Origin: the human T2T-CHM13v2.0 reference genome, Homo sapiens | Length of the DNA: 64,000 bases | Assembly: GCF_009914755.1 (NCBI RefSeq) | Contig: NC_060933.1 | Strand: one strand, 5' to 3' | Shown: positions 39,899 to 54,044 of the stretch, piece after piece | Layout: each line of letters begins with the position of its first letter | How positions within the stretch are numbered: position 1 is the first letter of the stretch | The notes under the pieces: model-generated | What the model saw: the letters and a program-made list of their open reading frames with translations, nothing else | Databases searched by the model: none | Told to the model about the DNA's origin: nothing | Made by a program: the position numbers and the translations under genes

Positions 39899-40913
39899 AT
39901 GGGGAAAAAACAGAACAAAAAAACTGAAAATTCAAAAATCAGAGCAACTCTCCTCCTCCAAAGGAACACAGCTCCTCACCAGCATTGGAACAAAGCTGGA
40001 TGGAGAATGACTTTGACGAGTTGAGAGAAGAAAGCTTCAGATGATCAAACTTCTCCAAGCTAAAGGAGGAAGTTCGAACCCATCACAAAGAAGTTCAGAA
40101 CCTTGAAAAAAGATTAGACGAATAGCTAACTAGAATAACCAATGCAGAGAAGTCCTTAAAGGACCTGATGGAGCTGAAAACCATGGCACAAGAACTACGT
40201 GACAAATGCACAAGCTTCAGTAGCCTATTTGATTAACTGGAAGAAGGGTATCAGTGATTGAAGATCAAATGAATGAAATGAAGCGAGAAGAGAAGTTTAG
40301 AGAAAGAAGAATAAAAAGAAATGAACAAAGCCTCCAAGAAATATGAGACTATGTGAAAAGACCAAATCTACATCTGATTGGTGTACCTGAAAGTGATGGG
40401 GAGAATGGAACCAAGATGGAAAACACTCTGCAGGATATTATCCAGGAGAACTTCCCCAACATAGCAAGGCAGGCCAACATTCAAATTCAGGAAATACAGA
40501 GAATGCCACAAAGATACTCATCGAGAAGAGCAACTCCAAGACACATAATTGTCAGATTCACCAAAGTTGAAAGGAAGGGAAAAATGTTAAGGGCAGCCTG
40601 AGAGAAAGGTCGGGTTACCCACAAAGGGAAGCCCATCAGACTAACAGCTGATCTCTTGGCAGAAACTCTACAGGCCAGGAGAGAGTGGGGGCCAATATTC
40701 AAAGTTCTTAAAGAAAAGAATTTTCAACCCAGAATTTCAAATCCAGCCAAACTAAGCTTCATAAGTGAAGGACAAATAAAATCCTTTACAGATAAGCAAA
40801 TGCTGAGAGATTTTGTCACCACCAGGCCTGCCCTACAAGAGCTCCTGAAGGAAGCACTAAACATGGAAAGGAAAAACTGGTACCAGCCACTGCAATAACA
40901 TGCCAAATTGTAA
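39899..40913 (+). pseudogene. ORF1: LINE-1 ORF1 (disabled) of the inverted inner L1
   Basis: ATGGGGAAAAAACAG start; RPNLHLIGVPESDGENG and ARREWGPIF motifs; multiple stops and frameshifts. Confidence 0.9.
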
Positions 40914-43147
40914 AGACTGTCGATGCTAGGTCTTGTGCTAGTTTTCAAAGGAAATGCTTCCAGCTTTTCCACATTCAGTATGATATCGACTATGGGTTTG
41001 TTATAAATAGCTCTTATTATTTTGAGATAGGTTCCATCAATACCTAGTTTATTGAGTGTTCTTAACATAAAAGGATGTTGAATTTTATCAAGGCCTTTTC
41101 TGGATCTATCGAGATGATCATGCTGTTTTTGTCATTAGTTCTGTTTATGTGATGGATTACGTTTATTGATTTGCATATGCTGAAGCAGCCTTGCATTTCA
41201 GGGATGAAGCGTACTTGACTGTGGTGGATAAACTTTTTTATGTGCTGCTGGATTCAGTTAGCTGGTAATTTGTAGAGGATTTTCGCATCAATGTTCATCA
41301 GGAATACTGGCCGGAAGCTTTTTTGTTGTTGTGTGTCTGCCAGGATTTCAAAAAACATTCCATCCTCATGGATAGGAAGAATCAAGATTGTGAAAATGGC
41401 CATAATCCTCAGAGTAATTTATAGATTCATTGTTATTCCCATCAAACAACCATTGACATTCTTCACAGAATTAGAAAAAACTACTTTAGATTTCATATAG
41501 CACCAAAAAAGAGCCCATATAGCCAAGACAATCCTAAACAAAAAGAACAAAGCTGGAGGCATCACACTACCTGACTTCAAATGATATTGCAAGGCTACAG
41601 TAACAAAAACAGTAAGGTACTGGTACCAAAACAGACGTATAGACTAATGGAACAAAACAGAGACCTCAGAAATAACACCACACATCTACAACCATCTGAT
41701 CTTTGACAAACTGGACAATAAGCCATGGGGAAAATATCTCCTACTCAATAAATAGTTCTGGGAAAACTCACTAGCCATGTGCAGAAAACTGAAACTGGAC
41801 CCCTTCCTTACACCTTGCACAAAAATTAATTCAAAATGGATTAAAGACTTAAATGTAAAACCCAAACCATAAAAACCCTAGAAAAAAACCTAGGAAATAC
41901 CGTCAGGACATAGGTATGGGGAAAGACTTCATGACAAAAATGCCAAAAGCAATTATAACAAAAGCCAAAATTGACAAATGGAATATAATTAAACTAAAGA
42001 GTTTCTGCACACCAAAAGAAACTATCATCAGAGTGAACAGGCAACCTACAGAATGGGAGAAATTTTTGCAATCTACCCATCTGACAAAGGTCTAATGTCC
42101 AGAATCTACAAGGAATTTAAACAAAATTACAAGCAAAAAACAACCTCATCAAAAAGTAAGCAAAGGATATGAACAGACACTTTGCAAAAGAAGACATTTA
42201 TGCGGTCAACAAACATGAAGAAAAGCTCAACATCACTGATCATTAGAGAAATGCAAATCAAAACCACAATGAGATACCATCTCATGCCAGTCAGAATGGC
42301 TATTATAAAAAGTCAAGAAACAAGATACTGGTGAGGCCGTGGAGAAATAGGAACACTTTTACACTGTTGGTGGGAATGTAAATTAGTTCAACCATTGTGG
42401 AAGACAGTGTGGTGATTCCTCAAGGATCTAGGACCAGAAATACCATTTGCCCCAGCAATTCCATTACTAGAAATATATCCAAAGTAATATAAATCATTCT
42501 ACTCTAAAGACACATACCTGTATGTTTATCGCAGCACTACTTACAATAGCAAAGACTTGGAAACAACCCAAATGTCCATCAGTGATAGACTGGATAAAGA
42601 AAACGTGGTACATATACACCATGGAATACTATGCAGCCATAAGAAGGAATGAAATCATGTCCTTTGCGGGGACATGGATGAAGCTGGAAGCCATCATCCT
42701 CAGCAAACTAATGCAGTAACAGAAAACCAAGGTAGAAGGGACTTGCTTTGGACTTGGGCATGTTCTCACTCATAAGTGGGAGTTGAACAATGAGAACACA
42801 TGGACACAGGGAAGGGAACAACATACACCAGGGCCAGTCGGGGGATGGGGGCTACTGGAGAGGGAGAGCATTAGGACAAATAGCTAATGCATTGGGCTTA
42901 AAACCTAGATGACGGGAGGATAGGTTCAGCAAACCCTCATGGCACACATATACCTATGTGACAAACCTACACATTCTGCACTTGTATCCTGGAACATGAT
43001 GTAAAACTATTTTTTTAAAAAAAATGCTAAAACATTTAAAAATATTCACTTCCTTATGAAATTGGAATACCCAGAGATAGAGAGCGCTTCAGTCTCATTC
43101 AGTTCCAGTGGCCTAGAATCTTTTCATGTGCTTATCTGCTGTTGTTG

Positions 43148-43236
43148 GCTGGTCTCAAACTTTTGATCTCAAGTCATCAGCCTGCTTCAGCTTCCCAAAG
43201 TGCTGGTATTACAGGCATTAGCCACTGCACTTGATC
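43148..43236 (-). mobile_element. Alu left-monomer fragment
   Basis: GGCTGGTCTCAAAC...CCCAAAGTGCTGGTATTACAGGC. Confidence 0.8.
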
Positions 43237-43351
43237 TCACTTTTCAATTAAGGCTTCCAAAAGTGACCTTCTTTTTATTTGGATATGAATGAGTAAGCAT
43301 AAAGTGTGAAGAGTTGTTGGCAATTATCTTGCTACCATGAGAAGGAGCCCA

Positions 43352-44253
43352 ACTTGCTGTTCTCGTGATGGTGAATGAGTTATCACAAGATCTGATGGTT
43401 TAAAAGTGTGTGACACTTCCCCCTTTTTTTCTCTCTCTCTCTTCTGCTCCACTATATTAAGATGTTGTTGCTTCCTCTTCGCTTTCCACCATAATCATAA
43501 GTTTCCTGATGCCTCCCACCCATGCTTCCTGTTAAGTCTGTGGAACTGCGAGTTAATTAAACCTTTTTTCTTCATAAATTACCTAGTCTCAGGTAGTTAT
43601 TTATAGCAGTGACAGAACGAACTAATACAGAAAATTGGTACCAGGAGAGTGGGCACTGCCATAAAGACACCTGAAAATGTGGAAGTGGCTTTGGAACTGG
43701 GTAATGGGCAGAGGTTGGAATAGTTTGGAGGGCTCAGAAGAAGACAGGAAAATGCAGGAATGTTTGCAACTTCCTAGAGACTTGTAAATGGTTTTGACCA
43801 AAATGCTGATAGTAATATGGACAAGGAAGTCCAGGCTGAAGAGGTCTCCAGTGGAGATAAGGAACTTACTGGGAACTGGAGTAAAGGTCACCCTTGCTAT
43901 ACTTTAGCAAAGAGACTGGTGGCATTGTGCCCCTACTCTAGACATCTGTGGATCATGAAAGCAGATGTGGGGGCTGTACCTTGCAGAGCCACAGGTTAGT
44001 GCTGCCTAAGGCCATTGGAACCCTCCCCTTGTATTCAACATGCCCTAGATGTGAGACATGGAGTCAAAGGAGATTATTGTGGAGCTTTAAGATTTAATGA
44101 CTGCCCTGCTGGGTTTGAAATTTGCATAAGGCTTGTAGGCCCTTTGTTTTGGCCAATTTATCCCTTTTGGAATGAGAGTATTTACCCAGTGGCTGTACCC
44201 CCATTGTATTTTGGAAGTAACTAGTTTTTTATTTTACAGGTTCATAGGTGGAA

Positions 44254-44299
<46 letters not shown>

Positions 44300-45088
44300 T
44301 GAGACAGAGTCTCGCTCTGTCACCAGACTGGAGTGCAGTGGCACGATCTTGGCTCACTGAAACCTCCACCTCCTGGGTTCAAGTGATTCTCCTACCTCAG
44401 CCTCCAGAGTAGCTGGGATTACAGGCACGTGCCACATGCCTAGCTAATTTTTGTATTCTTAGTAGAGACTGGGTTTCACTATGTTGGCCAGTATGGTCTC
44501 AATCTCTTGACCTCTAGGTCTGCCTGCCTTGGCCTCCCAAAGTACTGGGATTACAGGCATAAGCTACCGTGCCTGGCCAGAAGGGACTTTCTTTGGACTT
44601 GGACTTTTGACTTAATACTGGAATCAGTTAAGACTTTAGGAGACTGTTGGGAAGGCATGATTGATTTGAAAATGTGAAAGAACGTGAGATTTGGGAGGGG
44701 TCAGGGGCAGAATGATATGGTTTGGCTCTGTGTCCCTACCCAAATCTCACATTGAAATGTAATCCCCACACGTCAGAGGAGTGGCCTGGTGGGAGGTGAT
44801 TGGATCATGGGGGAGACTTCTCCTTTGCTGTTCTCATGACAGTGAGTGAGTTTTCTGATGGTTTAAAAGTGTGTGGCACTTCCCCCTTTGCTCTTTCTCT
44901 CTCCTGCTCTGCCATATTAAGATGTGTTTGCTTCTCCTTCACCTTCTGCCATGATCATAAGTATCCTGAGGCCTGCCAGTCATGCTTCTTGTTGAGCCTG
45001 CACAACTGTGAGTCCATTCTACCTATTTTTTCATAAGTTACCCAGTCTCAGATAGTTCTTTATAGCAGTGTAAGAATGGACTAATACA
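43352..45088 (+). mobile_element. THE1D/MSTA-type MaLR provirus: 5'-truncated LTR 43352-43629, deleted internal 43630-44712, full LTR 44713-45088
   Basis: Both LTRs end ACTAATACA; second starts TGATATGGTTTGGCTCTGTGTCCC; internal starts GAAAATTGGTACCAGGAGAGTGGG. Confidence 0.9.
44262..44578 (-). mobile_element. AluS (AluSc-like) with a pure T40 tail
   Basis: TSD GAAGGGACTTT (44251-44261, 44580-44590); Sc-type ATGGTCTCAATCTCTTGACCTC. Confidence 0.9.
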
Positions 45089-45240
45089 AACCTCTTCTTA
45101 CCATATCTTTATCTGAAAAGTAGAAATAATAATAGAACCTACCTCAAATAAATATTGTGATGATTAAATGAGTTAATCAATATAAGTTTGCTTAGAAAAT
45201 GCCTAGTACATAGTAACTGCTACAAGTGTTGTAGTTATTT
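45089..45240 (+). mobile_element. MIR 3' half
   Basis: ATAATAATAGAACCTACCTCA...GATTAAATGAGTTAAT...GCCTAGTACATAGTAA. Confidence 0.75.
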
Positions 45241-45304
45241 TTCTTGTTGTTATTGTATCATTTAGGTTAAGAAACTCAGAAAACATCTAGATAGACTACT
45301 TGAG

Positions 45305-46650
45305 TTTTAAAATTATTTAAAATGTAGTTACAGCAAAAATGAAGTTTTGTAAGTATACAGTTTCATGAGTTTTAACAGTTTACAGATACGTGTAACCACC
45401 AACACAAAAAGGACGTAGAACAATTCTCACATGTCCTCCCCTTTATGGTGAGATAGACCCTGTAACTGGTGATTGGTTTCCTGTCCCTGAAGTGTGGCCT
45501 TTTCTAGAATGTTATATAAATGGAATCATATAATATACAGGATTTGGGACTAGCTTCTTTCACTCAGTCTAATACCTTTGAGATTCATTAATTTGTTACA
45601 TGTATCAATAATTTGTTCATTTTAATTGCTGAATAGTGTTCGTTGTAAGGATGTAAAAAACAGTTTGTTTATCCATTTGTCCTTTGAAGTACATGGAAGT
45701 TATTTCTAGATTTTTGGCAGTTTCTAGATTTTAGCTTGTATATAGTTTGTGAAAAAAAATTATTTGTCTAGAGAAATGAAGCTACACTAGTACAATCAGT
45801 TAGTGTGTTGTACTTAGATGGAAGTAGTCCTAGGAGTGGGATGACCAGGTCAAATGGTAAATGTATGTTTACCTGAATGAGAAACTTCTACACTATATTC
45901 ATTGTGTTTACACCATTTCATATTGGCATCAGCAATGAATCAATATGCTAGTTGTTTTATATTTTGTCTAGCAATTTGTAAAAAATATTAGGCATTCTAA
46001 TAGGTGCAGAGTACTGTGTAATTGTGGTTTTAATTTGCATTTATGGATGTGATAGCTAATGATGTTGAGAATCTTTTCATGTACTTATTTGCCATTGTTA
46101 TGTCTTTGGTGAAATGTGTGTTTGCCCATTTGCGGGACAGTGTTGTTTGTTTTCTTACTGTAGCGTTTTGAGGGTTCTTTTTGTATTCGGGATACAAGAT
46201 CTTAGTCATATACGTGATTTACAAATGTTTTCTTCCAGTCTGTAGTTTGTGAGACAATTTCTGCACTCTCTTCAGTTTCCACGAACTATATGTCTTTCAC
46301 TTTACCAGTACCACTCTGTATTGTTTAGCTTTAAGTGTTAAAATTGTATACTGAGAGTTCTCCAATTTTATTCTTTTTTCAGAATTGTATCCTATGTTTA
46401 GTTTCATTTCCTTTTCATATACAGTTTAGAATCTACTTGTGTATATCTACAAAAAAATCCCTGTTAGATTTGAATGAAAATGCATTAAATCTATTGACTA
46501 ATTGGTAAGGAAATGATGCCTTTATTATACTGAGTCTTAAAATTCATGAAAATGGAGTATCTTTCCAAGTATGTGGGTTTTAAAAATGTCTTTATCAGCA
46601 TTTTGCAGTTTCAGAATTATACAAGAATTTTTTTAAATTAATTGCTAAGT
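45305..46650 (-). mobile_element. Old L1MC/MD 3' portion
   Basis: AAATGGAATCATA, ATTGCTGAATAGT and GTGGTTTTAATTTGCATTT reverse-strand L1 motifs. Confidence 0.8.
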
Positions 46651-47726
46651 ATTTTCTCCAAGTTATGGTAAAGGAGATTTACATGCCTTCTTTTTAAACC
46701 ATTCATTTCAATACTGTTCACTTTTATGTCTTGGAAGATGTTTCCAATGGCTATTTTAAAGTCTTTGCTTCTAGTAATTCCAACATGTTTGTCATCTTGG
46801 TGTCTGTTGATCATCTTTTTCCTTGAAAATTATTTTTAATACTATTAGTTCTGGTTTATAATTTAAGCCAGTTTATGTATCAGTGCTGTTCAGATTGTCC
46901 TGGAAGAGTATTCCCTTTGATTGTCTCTTTGTCTTGCTCGCTTTTCTCTCTAAGATACCAAAAAAATACATGAAGACAGCAGTGAGGCATTTATGGGATT
47001 TATAAAGGAATTGACTTAGGATCTTGAAGAATGTATTCTGGTCTCCTGAGCAATGTTCCTTTCCTCATCCCCAGTTGCTGATTGTCCTGTGTGCAATTGC
47101 CTCTGAAGGTAGTGGTGAGAAAAGCTCAGAAGATCAGAGTGTAAGATCTCTTGGCTTGATAAGAAACCAGGAATTACCTTTATTTGTTCCAACCTCATCT
47201 CCACTCTAGCTGGTTGTAGGCATTTGAGTCTCTGTCATCCTTCATGTAGCTGTCTGTCCTGGCTGTCCATCCCGGCGTCTTCTGTGAGGTCCACTTGCTG
47301 TGCCTTGGCAGATTCTATGGCAGGCTTTCTGGCTCTCAGATCAAGGCTTATACCTCCTGGCTAAATGAGCACACCTGAGGAATGTTTAATTTCAAAGCCT
47401 TCCCCTTCCTAGATTTATTGTTGCATCAACTTAATGTGGTCCTGTCCTAGGCCAGTGCAGAAAGAAGCTAAACTGTGATGTCTTTACAGAATATTAAACA
47501 GGAAAGTAGAGTCTTGTGGTCTTAGTTATACCCTATTTACATAAGGCACAGCCCCTTTTCTTGGCTGAAGGTATAAGTCAGACACATAAGCATGACTATT
47601 TCATTTTCCAATCCCTTGCTATTTTTTCTTCCCGTATTCTTCCAGGGATGAGAATCGGGCCAGTTTCCTCCCTTGCTCAGAGTATTTGGTCCTCACTTAT
47701 GCAAAATTCTGTCTATCTTAGACATG

Positions 47727-48301
47727 TGTATTGGTTACCTACTGCAGCATAGTACTATTATCACAAATTTAGCAGCTTAAAACAACACATATTTATTACC
47801 TCATGGCTTCTGTGGGTCAATATTTCAGGCACAGCTTCCCCGAATGCTCTAAATGGTTGTAGCCATAGTGTCAGCTGAAGCTATAGTCTCATCTGAGGTT
47901 TGGCTTGGGGAGGATCCACTCCAAAACTCACTCAGGTTGTTGGCATAACTCAGTTGATTACATATGTACAACTCAGGGCTTTAGTGTTTTACTGTGAACT
48001 AGAGAGGGCCTTCAGCTCCTAGCAGCCACCCACAGTTTCTTTTGAGGTAGATTTCCAACATGGTCACTTGCTTCCTCAAAGCCAATAAAGGAGAGAGACT
48101 CCAGCAAGTGTGGTGCTATAATCTTTGTGATGTAATTACATAATTATATACAACTAATTGCATACATCTCACTGTATTCACTACATTCTGTTTTCTAGAA
48201 GTAAGTCACAAGTCCTATTTACACTCAAGGAGAGGCACTCACACAGGGCAGAAAGGTGGAAGGTGGGAATTGCGGGTGTCACCTGATGAGTCTGTCCATC
48301 A
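47727..48301 (-). mobile_element. MLT1E/F-like solo LTR
   Basis: TGTATTGGTTACCTACTGC...GCTTAAAACAACAC...GAAGTAAGTCACAAGTCC. Confidence 0.8.
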
Positions 48302-48589
48302 TGATATGAAAAATAACTTAGTTATTTTTCAAGACAAATGCTGGAATCTAGAGATTAATTTCTTTCTAGAAAATATATTTTTGAATATTATAAACTCAAT
48401 ATTATCTCATTTTTCCTCTCTAAATTTATAGTTTAATATTCATACTTCTAGGCAAATACCCTAGATCCCATAGGTCAGAAATCATGTACTCATGCCATCA
48501 AGATTGAAAAGCATAGTAATAATATATTGAAAATTATTTATAGATCCAGAAATGTACTCAAAATTTCTAAACCTAACTGGATATGAAAC

Positions 48590-48940
48590 AGCACAGTTTC
48601 AAATTATTTCTTTCCTCGTCCAAAATGCCTTTTTTATCTTTATATTCTGGTGAAATCTTACTGATATTTAAAGGCCAGGCCATTGTGTCATTTCCAACTA
48701 AAGACATACCTGGGCACTCCCAGGTACCATGGCCACCCTTGGCGGAATTAATACATCTTCTAGGTTTCCATAGCACTTGTTTCTATTTCTAATAGGGCAC
48801 TTACCATATTGTTATAATGTAAGATCTAACTTTTGGTCTTACATGCTAGATTCTTAAAATCTTGAATCTTGGTTTTGGGTGATCTTTTTATTCACTGATT
48901 TAAGACAGTGCATTTAGTAACTATTAGAATATTTTAATAA
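48590..48940 (+). mobile_element. L2 relic
   Basis: CATAGCACTT...GCACTTACCATATTG and L2-like 3' features. Confidence 0.55.
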
Positions 48941-49224
48941 AAGCATAATATCCATATTTTGTGATTTTAAGTTAAAAAATGTCACTAGAAGTTCAAGTTC
49001 TTATTTACTATGTGCATTGAATTAAAATTAGTCCATTTTATCTGTAAACTAGAGAAACGGGCTCCAAAATTGCAAATTGAGGACTCACGTTTTATTGACA
49101 AAATGTTTGTTTTCCCATGCCATTAGTGTAATTTCTTACTAGTGGGAGAATTTCTCCTTATAACATTTTTTTATAATTTTATGTGTGTATTTTTGGTAAT
49201 ACATATCTTAGTCCAATACTATCT

Positions 49225-49526
49225 ATATCAGCCCATGGTAATGGTTCAAGTCAATAAAATGTGGACAGAAGCAATGTATGCCACTTACAGGTCAATAGGA
49301 AAAATAAATTTCCACTTTTTATTGACTTTATTTTCTTCTATACATAGTGGTATCAAAAGATGAACAGTCTGGGTCCTGAATAACTGCAATAAAGCAAATC
49401 ATTCCTTCTCATTTACTGCTTGTGCAGACCATACTGTATTGAGGAAGCAGTAGACCTTCATTTTGTTAAGCCACTGTGATTTGAGTACTGTTTGTTAAAA
49501 TAGTTAGCTTACATTGACTAATGCAC
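49225..49526 (+). mobile_element. Old MLT1 (J/K-like) LTR fragment
   Basis: CAATAAAATGTGGACAGAAG and TTAAGCCACTGTGATTTG...TGACTAATGCA. Confidence 0.55.
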
Positions 49527-51011
49527 AAATAAAAATAGTTATTTCTTAAATATGTGAGAAGATAATCTAACAGTATTTCAGATGACAAAGAGTCTGATTA
49601 ATGATGGGTGACATACATCATTTATTAGGTTAGGCAATTATTAATATTACATATGCCACAGAATTTTAAAATGTTGACCTATTTATGTTTAATTTTACCC
49701 CCTTTGGCTAAATCCAGCATAGCAAAAGTTAAAACTTTGCAGAAATGGCAAAGAAGAAAAATATATTTGTTGTGTCCTAGGTTTGAGAAGTAAGATCCAG
49801 AGGTATTTCTTCATGTTTGCAAAGGGTAACCAGGGATAAATAAATATACTAAGGCAAGTGCACTGTGTTACTCAGATGAATGTTTCAAGTCTTTTTTTTT
49901 TTTTTCCTGTGGGGTCCTAAAGAGGTAAAAAAATTGAAAGTAGAACTTTTTTCATGATTCCCATTTATATGGCCTATCAACAAGATCACACTACCATTAA
50001 TTATCTAGAAGATACTGTTCCCATTATGTCCACAGGGACTTACTCAACAACATGATAGATTTCACTGTCAGTGCATTTTTTCTCCTGTAATAGACTGTAT
50101 TTCTTTTTCTTTAATTTTATCCTAATAGTGCTGGCTCCTTCACTTCCCCGGCTTCCTTTCCTCCTTAAAGAAAGGTAAAACAATTTTCTTTTTTCTTTAA
50201 AGGAACTGGCAAAGCTTAACTAGAACATACCCTCAAATATTCCTCATCTTAAGTAAATACAATATATTGTAGACTGGCCTTTGTGAATTATATGAAGTAT
50301 AAGTACATGATTTATTAGTCAATTTTTTTTTAGCGATGGAACATTCATTCTATAAAGTTTAAATTTGGGGACTAAAAAGCAACACTTCAAAACTATCTGA
50401 AGCAGTGGTAGCTTTCTTAAGGAATGATGTACACTTTGAGAACTGTTGTCTTTTTTGTCTGTTCTATGTATGAGGTAGAGGGCATTGCATTTCTCATCTT
50501 TGTTGGGCAAAAGGTGAGAAATTCCTCAGAGCATTAAGAGAGCCCTTAGGAGAATTATTCATAAAGTTTGGAGTTTCCCCTGGAAAAAGAGGCATATCAC
50601 TCACTTTACTTCAGAATGGTGGCCTCTGTGCTGCATGGAACCTGAGTGATGCAGTATGAAAACTGTTAAGAGAAACTGAAAATGTGATGTGTGTCCTGGA
50701 ATTTGTCATATATATTTGCTTTCCATGTGGATAATTTTGAAAACAGAAGCCTCATTGCATCATCTTTCAATGACAAGGCAATAGGAAGAGAATAGCTTAA
50801 GGTCAAGTTCCAGCTTTTGCAATAGGGAAGATACACAATCTTTACCTCCATAAAATAAACTGTAAAATGAAACAATAAATATTGTTTTCATTATTATAAT
50901 TATCAGGTAAGGAGTAAGGATTAGATGGGAATGGCAGAATATTGATAATTGTTGAAGCTGACTGATGAATACTTGGATTTCATTATACCATTTTTGGTTG
51001 TTTGTATATAG

Positions 51012-51352
<341 letters not shown>

Positions 51353-52578
51353 TAGAATTTGTTTTAATAAAACAGTTTTTATGAAAGAGTCAAACATCAG
51401 CTGTATGAGAAGTTGAGTATAAGGAACTAAACGTGGCTGTAAGGAGTCCAGTAGATGATCGAAGTTAGATGCTAGGCGATGGTGAATTGATGTGTGGAAA
51501 TAGTGGTGGAGGTAGTAAGAAATGAATGGAATTGTGATATATTGGGAAGTTAGAGCCAATGTTATTTCATAATGAAGTCTATGTAATGTGACTGAAAGAG
51601 AACGTTTATGACTTTCCATCTATACTTTTCTTTTATTTTTTTGTACTTAAAGTTGAACTTATTAGTTTAGCAATATTTTCCCTCAAACTATGGTATTTCC
51701 TAAGACCTACGGCTAGAGGAATGAACATTTACAAAAAGACAGTTAAGCCTACCTTAAAGACTGAAAATGGTTCACCATTGTTGGAGTTGCCCAATTTTAA
51801 GTGAGAAAAGTGACCTTTTACTACAAACTGGCTCTGCAGCTGTCTTTAGGATTATGTGTGATCACCTTTAGATAATTATCAGTATTATATTTCACTTCAC
51901 TGTTTCTAAGGATTTGTAAACATTTTATAGACTAATCTATATATTTGTTTGCTATAATTCAGGATAATAGAACTTCAATTTCAAATAATTGTAATTGCAA
52001 CCTTAATAACTTTGAACAATTGAGTAAATGTGGAGGAGAAAACTGGGAGCCTACTGTGGCTATTGTCCCCAAGATGAGTGGGCCTAAGTTCAGTATGTGA
52101 TATATAAAAGGGCTTTATGAACTCCAGTTTCATCTCAAGAGCTTAGCCTATTGTTTGGAATTTAGTAGAATTGGAGATATTAGACAATTCTTGAATTAAG
52201 TTGGACTTGCAGTTCAATGATTTTTGCAATAAAATATTGGAAGAAGGATGATAGTCAGTGGCTAGGGTACTCATTAATAGAAGCAAGCTTTGTTTGGATA
52301 AAAGCTACTGGTTTATGTGAATTTTAAAGGCAGGGCTCCAATTTATGCATGAATTATGTAAACAAACGTTCAAGTATTAAGTCAACTCCTTAATGCGGCA
52401 TTCATTCCACCCTGTTTCTCTAAAATCACTATATTTTATTGTATTAATAGAATGTTCCATAGTTTGCTGTTATTGCACATTTATAGCATGTACCATAAGT
52501 TGCAATTTGCAATTATTTTCTTATTATATGTCTCCTTCTCTTAGAATATAAGCCCACAAGAGAAACGACCTTGCTCAC

Positions 52579-52953
52579 TGTGCTAGTCCATTCTCACACT
52601 GCTGTGAAGAAATACTCAAGACTGGGTAATTTATAAAGGAAAGAGGTTTAATTGACTCACAGTTCCACATTGCTGGAAAGGCCACAGGAAACTTAGTCAT
52701 GGTGGAAGGCAAAGGAGAAGCAAGCACCTTCTTCATAGGGTGGCAGGACAGAGTGAGTGTAAGCAAGGGAAATGCCAGACACTCATAAAATCATCAAATC
52801 TCCTGAGGGTCACTCATTATCACAAGAACAGCATGGGGAAAACCACCTCCGTGTTCCAATCACCTCCACCTGGTCCAACCCTTGACATGTGGGGATTATA
52901 GGGATTGTAGTTCAAGATGAGATGTTGGATGGGGACACAGCCAAGCAATATCA
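52579..52953 (-). mobile_element. THE1 (D-like) solo LTR inserted in an L2 relic
   Basis: TG...CA ends; 5-bp TSD CTCAC/TTCAC; GACTGGGTAATTTATAAAGGAAAGAGGTTTAATTGACTCACAG. Confidence 0.9.
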
Positions 52954-54044
52954 TTCACCTTATCTATACTTATATCACAATCATGTAGAATAATTTCTGG
53001 TGCAGAGTAAGTATTCTATAAATAATCACTGAAGTAATGGTAATTCGAACCTCAGCCCTTTACTAGCACACACACAGGGTTAAAAAAATTCTCGCTGGTC
53101 AAATCTCCTTGAAAACATGCTATTGATAGACCTCTTGACACACTAATGTAATTTGTTTGTGAGAGAACATGTATCTGTGAAAGTCTTTTAGCAGGATGTA
53201 CTTGTTCTGTCAAGTTTTACTTATACAATCCTGGAATCTGTATTTATGGGACATAACTTCCTGAAATATTTCACATAAACTCTCAAAGTATTGGAGAGAG
53301 ATGTTTCACAACCAAAATAGCTGCCTTTTATATAAGCAATATGGCTATATATGTTACTTAGAAAACTAATATGTTACTTCTGAGTCAAAGAGCATCCTAA
53401 TGTGGCAAGAAAAACCTGGGAGTGCAACACTGGCAATCCTGCATCTCTCTCTGCTTTGCCCATGCCTCACAATTATACTTGAAATACTTGGAATTACTGG
53501 ATAAGATCCCTGGTTCTTCTGAGTCTAATTTAAAAGTCAATTTCTGTTATCTTTCTTAGGGAGGTGGTCAATACAGTAAAAGTAATGGAAGGCTGTTAGT
53601 CTGAGGCTGTTATAAATATAGTACACAAGAAGTTTAGGGGATGGCTGGGCTAAATTTGCTGGTTCAAGATAGAACCTTCATGTGAAAGGGCCTCAGAAAT
53701 CTCCTTACTGTCATTTAAAATAATTCCTGTGTATCTATTCTTGTACAGTCCAATTGAATTTCAAAATAATATTCAGATAGCTTTATAATTATATTTTAAA
53801 TTGGGGATTGTTGAATTCAAACTTATGTAATTATTTGACATCAAAAGCAAAGAGAGCAGGTAATAAACTCATGAATAGGAATATCTTATGTAAGCAAGAC
53901 TTTCATTCTTTTTAGAAAACAAACTTACCCATTTTGCAGCATTAAATTTCACACCTGAAGCACAGAACTGTATACTCTCATAGTACATATTTGTCTTCAA
54001 ATAAATGATTTGTCCTAAGCCTTCATTGGTATATGATAACTTAG

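Noticed and set aside
46875-47500. Possible ancient LTR
   Set aside because: LTR-like start, but family and boundaries could not be recognised with confidence
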